DNA from: Eledone cirrhosa
Lineage: Eukaryota
DNA length: 64,000 nucleotides
Assembly: GCA_964016885.1 (NCBI GenBank)
Contig: OZ024745.1
Coordinates: 14,198,001-14,262,000 of the forward strand
Direction of reading: 5' to 3'
This document shows positions 55,696 through 64,000 of this stretch, piece after piece; the stretch's first letter is position 1; each line of letters begins with the position of its first letter. The notes under the pieces were generated by a model. The model saw nothing but the letters and a program-made list of their open reading frames with translations, did no database searches and was not told where the DNA came from. The position numbers and the translations under genes are program-made.

Positions 55696-57359
55696 TATAC
55701 ACATATACATATAGACACATGCATATATAAACCCAGACATATGCCCACATATACTCACACACATAAATGTTCATACACATATACACCCAGTCATATGCAC
55801 ACATATACTCATATACATATATAGACACATATACATATAGATACATACACATTTAGTCCCAGACATAAACACACATATACTTACTTGCATAGATGTACAT
55901 ACACACATAGACACAGGCATATGCGCACATATAGACATATACATAGGCACATATATACTCACATACACATATAGACCCAGATGTATTTACACATACATAA
56001 ATGTACATACTCACATAGACACAACCGTATGCACATATACACACATACCCACATACACATATAAACATAGACATATACATATATATACTCACAAACATAT
56101 ATATATATACAGACACATATAAACACATATAGACACATATAAACACATATAGACACATATAAACACATATAGACACATATAGACACATACAGACACATAC
56201 AGACACATACAGACACATATAGACACATACAGACGACACATAGATGCACACGTTAAGAAGAGTAACGTTATTCTTGTGGTTCATTTCCGAAAACCAGCCA
56301 CTTCCTTCCGATAGGTTTTTGTTTAAGAAGGAAAAAAGAATATAAAAGAGAAAACACGAATCGTTGTGAAAACAAAATTAGAAAATAAAGAAAGAAACAA
56401 TCAGACTAAGAACGAAACGAAAATAATGCTAGAAATCATGTTTTATGAAATAATCTCGTTAGTTTTGATGTGAGGTCAATTAAAAACCACAGCTCAAACA
56501 TATAAATTGAAATAATCTATAAGATGTTACAGCATTAAAGAAGAAGTGACCTGATCTATGTGTTTATATTAACCCTTCCACTCTAACAAAAGTGGGGAAA
56601 ATTATGTTTATTCTCTCTCTTTCTCTCTCTCTCTCTCTCTTCCCCCCTCTCTCTCTCTTCCTCAATTTCTCTCATATTTCAGAACGTTGAACATTAACGA
56701 ATATGCCAGGTAACATATATATGAATTGACGATTCACCAAGCTAGCTGGATAATAAGAGAGAGAATGATGACGTTTAGTAGTTAACCGATTGGATTAATG
56801 TCTTATCTTTATTAGAATATTAAAGTAATTAAAGTAGACGATTCTCGTCTGATCTTTATATCACTGATACAACGAACCGACGATAGAAATAGAAGCCAAA
56901 TCTCCCTCAAATCATATCATACAATCTTAAAACAGAAGGATACATTAGATAGTAAAATAGAAGCCCTAATAGTGACATTATGGTTACGACCAAAATGGTT
57001 TTGATAATAAATCTGCGAGATCAGAGATAACTTGGGGTTAAATTACGATGTCGGACAGTTCAAATTCTAATCTAGACGTATATTCCTTCAGGGTGTCTAT
57101 GTTAATAAGTCATATCTATTTAATGTATCTTCAGATATTCCCAATTTAAAGCATGATTTATAATTGTAGTATACTGTAGAAGTTTCAGATAAATTTAGAT
57201 ACTGTTGAAGTCTAAGATAAATACCTAGAGGCAAAATATTGACTTCTATATTCTCTCCTTAGATATCTCCCTTTCACAACGTTCAACATACTACGTAAAT
57301 CAAGATATAACTGCAGTTTCTCATTCTCTTTTGGAATATCGCCCCCTTTTAGAGAATAA

Positions 57360-57568
57360 ACGAGTGTCAACTGAAAAGTTCATAGGCTGACCAAGATACT
57401 CTCATGGAATGACTACATGAGTTTTATTTTTCAACATAGTCCCTGGAAAGAAACAACGCAGTTATTAATAAGAAGAGTTACAATTTGCAAGAAGCATGCA
57501 AGATTTTACAGCCCTAGCATCACCCTTCCATAGTCATCTTATGAACTTTTCAGTCGACCCTCCTCGTA
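57360..57568. mobile_element. Tc1/mariner-type MITE
   Basis: ACGAGTGTCAACTGAAAAGTTCATAGG ... CTTATGAACTTTTCAGTCGACCCTCCTCGTA. Confidence 0.8.
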
Positions 57569-57575
57569 TATATAT

Positions 57576-57658
57576 AGAGCCGTAACGAATACTGGTCATT
57601 CAAAGAGTATCTTTGTCAGCCTATGAAGGAGAGATGCTAGTGCTGTGAAATCTTGCAA

Positions 57659-57720
<62 letters not shown>

Positions 57721-57765
57721 TTGCAAGATTTCACTCTTTGAATGACCAGTATTCGTTACGGCTCT
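57576..57765. repeat. Nested foldback centred on (CT)n(AT)n(AG)n
   Basis: Outer 33-bp arms 57576-57608 and 57733-57765; inner arms GTGAAATCTTGCAACT(CT)n and (AG)nTTGCAAGATTTCAC. Confidence 0.92.
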
Positions 57766-59443
57766 CTGAATTCGAATCTATGCGAGTTCTATTTGCCCCT
57801 TTATTGTTCGAGGTTCGATAAAGAACCGGTCAAGTATAGGGGTGGCGTCTTATTTTTCTCCGCATCCGGATTCTGTGTTGCTTTGTCATAGCGTAATTCC
57901 CCTCAGAAATATTGAGCGATGCCCCCCCCCCCCAAAAAAAAAACAACAACAAAAAACAAAAACAAAAACAAATTAAAATAAAATGATATACTCCTGGAAT
58001 TATCGAATGATGGAGAGATGTGTAATAAAGCATAGAACGAAAATAATGGAAAAATATATTGATTTGTGCAAAACTTTATTATATATTATATTTTAATATC
58101 TCTTCAAACATTTTATAAAATGTGAGTTAAAAATAAGAAATAAAAACAATATATCTTTCAAAATATGAAATAAGATTTCTACTTTTGTCATAATACAAAG
58201 GAACTGTTAAATAACAGTTCTTTGTTTGAAATATTAAATAAGAACTCTTTAAAACTTAACTTGAAGTATATGCCACAAGAGGAAATAATGTTTATTTTTA
58301 ATTGAGACTGCAATGAGAGAGGTGGCGAAATATATTCTTTTGGATGTTTGTTGTAAAAAGTAATTTTCCTCTTAATTATTAATCAACTCTTAGCTAGAAT
58401 AATTATTTTTGTAAGATAACCATAATTACTTTAGGTGAAAGATCAGTTAAATCGTGATAAAACGGATTCCCCTTAGTACTGCTAAAGATAAATCAAATTA
58501 ACAAATATCTGGCAATGTACCTAATATCTCCAACCAAGACTTTTTAGTTTGTAAAATACCTTAGGATACGTTTCATAACAAATTTATAAGCATAATAGGA
58601 AAGTTTCCGGCAATGTCTTTCTAATTAAGGTCAACATCTGCTGTTTCGTCAAAACATAACGAAGTTATTTTCTTTCCTCATAAATTTATCAATACTTTGC
58701 TACACACACAGTGACGTCAAATATGCTTCTAAGACAAACAACTATTATTTCTTATTAATGTTTCTCTCTTGCTAAACACTTCTTTTTTCAAGGGTTACAT
58801 TTGCTGTATGAAATTATTATAAAATTATTACTAACTGCTGATAAAACATTCAAGTCGACGTAAAGGAATTATGATAGTTTTGAAGTAGTTTACTTTCGAG
58901 TGTTAAGCTTCTCCGTGGATTTAGCTGTAGCAGCTGTATAATTGTATACACTACATCTAAAATCTAATTTTGAAAGATCAGATATCAGATAAATATTTTA
59001 TAGGGATAACATTTAAGAGTTTTAAGAAGGTAATTATTATACTCTGCTTGTAGACATATTTATATCCTAAATCGATTGGGAACAATAAATAGCCTCACGT
59101 TATAGTTATTAGTTAAGGTTTTCATGGCTTTGATAAAAAATATTGTGTAGTATGATATATATTAATTCTGATTTCTTCATAAATGACTAAAATATTTAAC
59201 ATTGGAGGGTTGTGAAATCAACTTCATCATCAGCATAGATACTGTAGTACGCATATTCAATCATATAATTGTAGAAACATACATACAAAGTACATGACTT
59301 CATAAACAAATTCAGTTCAATTCTATCGACCATAAAGCATAGAATGATCTTGTTCACTGCAATAATCAATATTTATAGGACAAATAATCTGGGTCCATCG
59401 TATTAAAATATCAGATATTTGGAATTTGACTAATATTAAGAAT

Positions 59444-59692
59444 GGTGGCTAATTGGCCGAGTCATTAGAACGTTGGATAGAGAGCTTTGTATTATTCATT
59501 CTGAATCTCTGCTCCCTCAGTTCAAATCTCGCCCGAGTCAACTTTTGCTTTCATCCATTTGAGGTCGATAAAAACGTAACAGTAAAGAACTCGGGTCAAT
59601 CATTCCTTTATATCTTTTTCTCACTTCTACTCTTTCACTTTCTATCCTTCTCTGGAAGGAATCTGCTGCGTTCAGACCTGGAGAGGAAATGG
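59444..59692 (+). mobile_element. Family A SINE with the same additional 3' segment as 51684
   Basis: AGTTCAAATCTCGCCCGAGTCAACTTTTGCTTTCATCC plus the shared segment. Confidence 0.65.
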
Positions 59693-59839
59693 TGAGAAAC
59701 GGGAGGGAAGGAAGAAGCTATCCTTGAATCAGACTCATCGTCAAAATGATTGTAACAGAATAAATGTCGCTAAAGCATCCATATTCTAAGTGAGACTAGG
59801 TGTTATTTACAGTAGGAAACCTATGAACCCAAATAATGG

Positions 59840-60052
59840 TTTCTGATTTAGGCACAATGCCAACAATTTTTGGGGAGAAGGAAGTCAATTGAATTGATCC
59901 TAATGTATTACTGGTACTTTATTCTATCGACTCCGTAATGATGAAAGGCAAAACCAACCTATACGGGATTTGAGCCAGATCGTAAAGGGCCATAACTATA
60001 TACCACGAAGAATGTTGACCGATGCTCTACAGATTACTGCTAATCAACCGCG
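59840..60052 (-). mobile_element. tRNA-derived SINE, family A
   Basis: ACTGGTACTTTATTCTATCGAC..GATGAAAGGCAAA..GGATTTGAGC. Confidence 0.7.
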
Positions 60053-61394
60053 ACGTGAAATAATAATACAAATTATATATTTCCTCCACAAAACTAAAGT
60101 TCTCTGAAACTTCCATATTTGGATATCTATCTCAGCTGTTTTAATCAAACCAATGTCGAAAAGCTGGAGAAATGACAGGTAATGTTCCTCTTTCCCTTTT
60201 CACTAAAAATAAGTTATTAATACAAAACCTAAACCGGATAAACGAGTAGATAATTGAAAAGCATGTCTTCAGCAAATTAGATTTTGTGAACAATAAACTT
60301 TAGAAAAATTTTAAAATTTACTAAAATAAATTCTCACAAGTGTTGTTATTTAATTACACATGAAACCATAAGGTTTTAATGGAAAATTAATCCTAGAAAA
60401 CATTTTTATATCTTTGGGAAACATACGCCTATCTAAGCTTACAGATCTCGTTAAATGAATTGTAAACATCGATAATTAATTCTTTGATACTCAATTTTAA
60501 TAAGATTAATTACATGATTTCTTTTCTAAATCATTTCATCTAACTTAATTTTCTCGATTATTTCTATTAAAAATATCATACATAATTTCAAGAAAATTGA
60601 TGATACCTCGAGTTGGATGATAAGCGAGAAATGATGACGAAAGAAGAAGCTTTTTAGATTGATTAATTTTTTTCATCTTCATTAGAACTCTATAGTTAAA
60701 GTGTATTTCAGTTGAACTGTAACAGACATCAAAGAACGGATAGTTCAAACTCAGTCCTGGTCCAACAGGGCTTTCTATATGAAATACGTTTCCCCAGAAA
60801 AAAAGACACGCACACACTCACACGCACATACTCACACGCACACATACTCACACGCACATACTCACACGCACACATACTCACACGCACATATACTCACATA
60901 ATCAAATACTTACATAGTCACACACATACTCTCTCACACACACACACGCATAAACATCGTAACGAGATCTAAAAGTCTCTATCACCCTCTTGTCAAGCTC
61001 AGAGACAGAAATGTAGAAAGTAACCCAGTGATTCATTCAAGTTATCTTTGTTGATGAGTCATCTATCTGTAATAATAGCAGAACACCCCGGCATTGCCCA
61101 GGCTGAAAAGTAGCCATCTCCTTATAATATATAACCAGCAATTTCTCTGTCTGTTTGTCCGACAGTGGAAACACGTGCGCGCGTGGTTGCTATCTCTCTC
61201 TCTCTCCAGCTATCCCTCTCTTTTAGTCTGTCTGTTTCTCTCACTCTCACTCTTTCTCTTTGTAACACACTAACATTCCTCCCCTCTATCGCTGTGACGA
61301 ATGGGGAGATAGAGGAGGAGGAGAGAGTCACTTCGTCACTTCACCTCTGCCTTTCTTTCTCTCCCCTCTCACTCCCTCATTACGTACAGACATT

Positions 61395-61590
61395 AGGGCG
61401 GTGGATTGGCAGAATCTGTAGAGAGTCGGACACCATGCTTCATAGCATGGAGTTACGTCCCTTTACGGTCTGAGTTCAAATACCGCCGAGGTTAACTTTG
61501 CCTTTCATCCTCACGGGGTCGATAAAATAAAGTACCAGTAATGTACTGGGTAATTGCTGGCCTTGTGCCAAAAGTAGAAACAATTATTAG
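61395..61590 (+). mobile_element. tRNA-derived SINE, family A, well preserved
   Basis: GGCGGTGGATTGGCAGAATC..GAGTTCAAATACCGCCGAGGTTAACTTTGCCTTTCATCC..GGGGTCGATAAAATAAAGTACCAGT. Confidence 0.85.
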
Positions 61591-61705
61591 AAACATTGCT
61601 TCATTTTTACATATCTAAGCATTAGTAAAATAACTAATAATTTCAAAAGTAATTTTTCAATTCCAATTGTTATGAACAGCAAAACATTAATAATAATTTT
61701 GTTCT

Positions 61706-61916
61706 AAGAAATATATATACATTTCTGTGTGTGTAATATATATATATATACACACACAGAAATATATATATATACACACAGAAATATATATACATTTCTG
61801 TGTGTGTAATATATATATATATATATACACACACACAGAAATATATATACATTTCTGTGTGTGTAATATATATATATATACACACACACAGAAATATATA
61901 TACATTTCTGTGTGTG

Positions 61917-61921
<5 letters not shown>
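61706..61921. repeat. Tandem array of self-complementary units ACACACAGAAATATATATACATTTCTGTGTGT separated by (TA)n
   Basis: About 4 copies; each unit is a hairpin. Confidence 0.85.
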
Positions 61922-61987
<66 letters not shown>

Positions 61988-61988
<1 letters not shown>

Positions 61989-62173
61989 CGAAGGAAATGT
62001 GGTAAGGAACCAGGTGGACCATAACGCACCAAAGTACTCAATACTTAGGGTAGTAGAGTGGGTAATAGGAACCAGTAAGACCCCGACGGCTGAGCTCAAG
62101 CCGTTTCGACGGCTAATTCTGGACTGAATTAGCCGTCGAAACGGCTTGAGCTCAGCCGTCGGGGTCTTATTGG

Positions 62174-62178
<5 letters not shown>
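61988..62178. mobile_element. 18.5-kb-family element whose HHR region is a 53-bp-arm palindrome
   Basis: Arms 62067-62119 and 62126-62178 with one mismatch and a 6-nt loop; flanked by (TA)n and (CT)n(TA)n. Confidence 0.85.
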
Positions 62179-62237
<59 letters not shown>

Positions 62238-62794
62238 CACACACAGAAATATATGGGCATTTCTCTGTTTGTCTGTCTGTCTGTCTGTCCTTCCCTAAAA
62301 CTCAAATGTAGGTGCTACAGAAATATTACCTTCCCCTTCCTTTCTCCACTTTGGTACTACCAAGAGAAACACTGTCGCTATAGAAACATTACCTTCCCCT
62401 CTCCACTGACTTTGGTCACTGAGGCCGAGGGAATCGCTGGTTGCTTTAGAGACACCTTGCACAAGCCAGAAGTAACCAGTTCGAGGCGGTTCTGACTTGA
62501 CACCATGCCAAGGACCATTTGAAGATATATTTCCATCGTTATATCATAACGTTTATGTATCATAACGTTTATATTTCCGTCACTAATCTCTTTTTCTCCT
62601 TTTTCGTTTTAACATATATTTATTTCAAAGATTTCACCGTATAGATAACATATATATTTATACATGCATAAAAGACACACCGAGAGACGGTGAACATGTG
62701 GTGCCGAAAACATTTCTCATCCAAATCTCAACAATATCAGTATATACACTAGATTTGCTAGCAGAAAACCGCCCACCGGGTGGTTTTCTGCTAG

Positions 62795-63294
62795 TCTATA
62801 TATATAAAACTGAGGATGTCTGTCTGTGTGTGTGTGAGTTTGAATCCCTTAAACTAGAGAAGCACCCAACCGACTCTTTTCAAACTTTACACATGTAATA
62901 CTTATGTTTCAGGGAATGTTCTGAGCAAAAAGAATTTCAAATTTGAAATGCCCTAGGGACCGCATTAGGCGATTTAGCGATCTCTCTCTATAATTCTTAG
63001 TATTTCTCTTTTTAGATAGATACATACATATAACGTCGCGCCCTTATAATATCTGTCTGTATGTTTGGCTGTCTGCTGCCACCCTTGCTCAAGACAAATC
63101 TCACACTCTTTCCCCAAACAGTTGGTAAGTGCACACAACTTCTTCCTCACATTTTAAGCCACAGTGTTGCTTACTTACGTACCACCAGACCCTTACTTCT
63201 TTGCCAGCCGTGGTTGTGGCAATACTAAGCTTAGCTAAGGCGGTTATATATTTCACAATACCTTATCCGGTGCAACGCCGGGTACCACTGCTAG
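62795..63294 (+). mobile_element. Non-autonomous Helitron
   Basis: 5' TCTATATATATAAAACTGAGGATGTCTGTCTG; 3' hairpin CCGGTGCAACGCCGG then CTAG followed by T. Confidence 0.78.
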
Positions 63295-63618
63295 TAAAGC
63301 TATAAATCTACAAGGCGTATTTCGTTTAATGGAACACAGTCCGATTTCTCTTGAAACGTTAGCGTTTATGTAAGAAATTAATTTTTCCGAAACGTTGATA
63401 GAATTTCGGGGTGTAATCCATTGTATAACAAATACGTGCTCAATATGAACAGTATGCTCCTTAATTCAATTATATAAATGCTATACGACAATTAACTCTG
63501 GCGTATTAAATAAGAACACAAGAGTGATTAAAAAGTGAAATATTTTTATTTGATTTGAAACTATTATTGAAGAATCTGAACCATTTAAATTCTTAAAAGA
63601 ATTTTTTAAAAGATAGAA

Positions 63619-64000
63619 GAAACTGGGGTAATGTCTGAAAGAATACGATCGTGAATACAAGCGGCCGAAATGGGGTTCCTCCGAAGGGTCTTTGGAGTGA
63701 CGTTACTCGATAAAGTGCGTAGCTCGGAGATCAGAGAGTCACTCCAGGTAAAACCACTACTTCTCTGAATTGAGAGATCACAGCTCCGATACGACAGACA
63801 TGTAGTTAGAATGTCTCAGGAAAGAATCGCTGGACAGATTTTACGGGCAAAACCAACCAGCAGGAGACCCAGGGGTAGACCTCGAGTAAGATAGTTGGCT
63901 GGTCTCGCTTGGGGATCTAACTGGATCAGTTAGAGACGGTTGCTTCTAACAAGTCACGCTGGAGGGATGGTGTGAAGACTCTGCCTTCACGACCCCGAGG
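63619..64000 (+). mobile_element. RTE-clade LINE 3' fragment (pseudogene), running off the window
   Basis: IQAAEMGFLRRVFGVTLLDKVRSSEIRESL..IERSQLR..HVVRMSQERIAGQILRAKPTSRRPRGRPR, with stops. Confidence 0.9.

Noticed and set aside
54866-55852. Cys-rich 328-aa ORF
   Set aside because: 54-bp minisatellite open in several frames on both strands.

Overview
Eukaryotic, AT-rich, repeat-dominated DNA. It is most likely from an octopus or other coleoid cephalopod, inferred from the SINE families and microsatellite load. I cannot support any intact host gene or RNA gene, and nearly all listed ORFs are repeat read-through. Bases 1-12714 are a 69-bp satellite array. The rest holds degenerate LINEs (CR1-type, L1/Tx1-type, RTE), tRNA-derived SINEs, mariner-type MITEs, non-autonomous Helitrons, minisatellites and many (TA)n/(CA)n tracts. 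The main signal is at about 18.4-36.7 kb, with an outlier at 62 kb: a dense cluster of Penelope-like retroelement (PLE) 3' ends abutting (TA)n tracts. They carry about ten recognisable type I hammerhead ribozyme (HHR) motifs, some degenerate, plus partial copies. Three sequence-unrelated motifs share a non-canonical UUGAAAA core (U3-A8 instead of C3-G8), and two of these lie downstream of PLE endonuclease C-terminal remnants. Two unrelated element ends share a candidate pseudoknot motif, and there is a recurrent pattern of local inverted duplications starting at microsatellites. All calls were made by eye; no folding, alignment or database search was run, and SINE boundaries are approximate.
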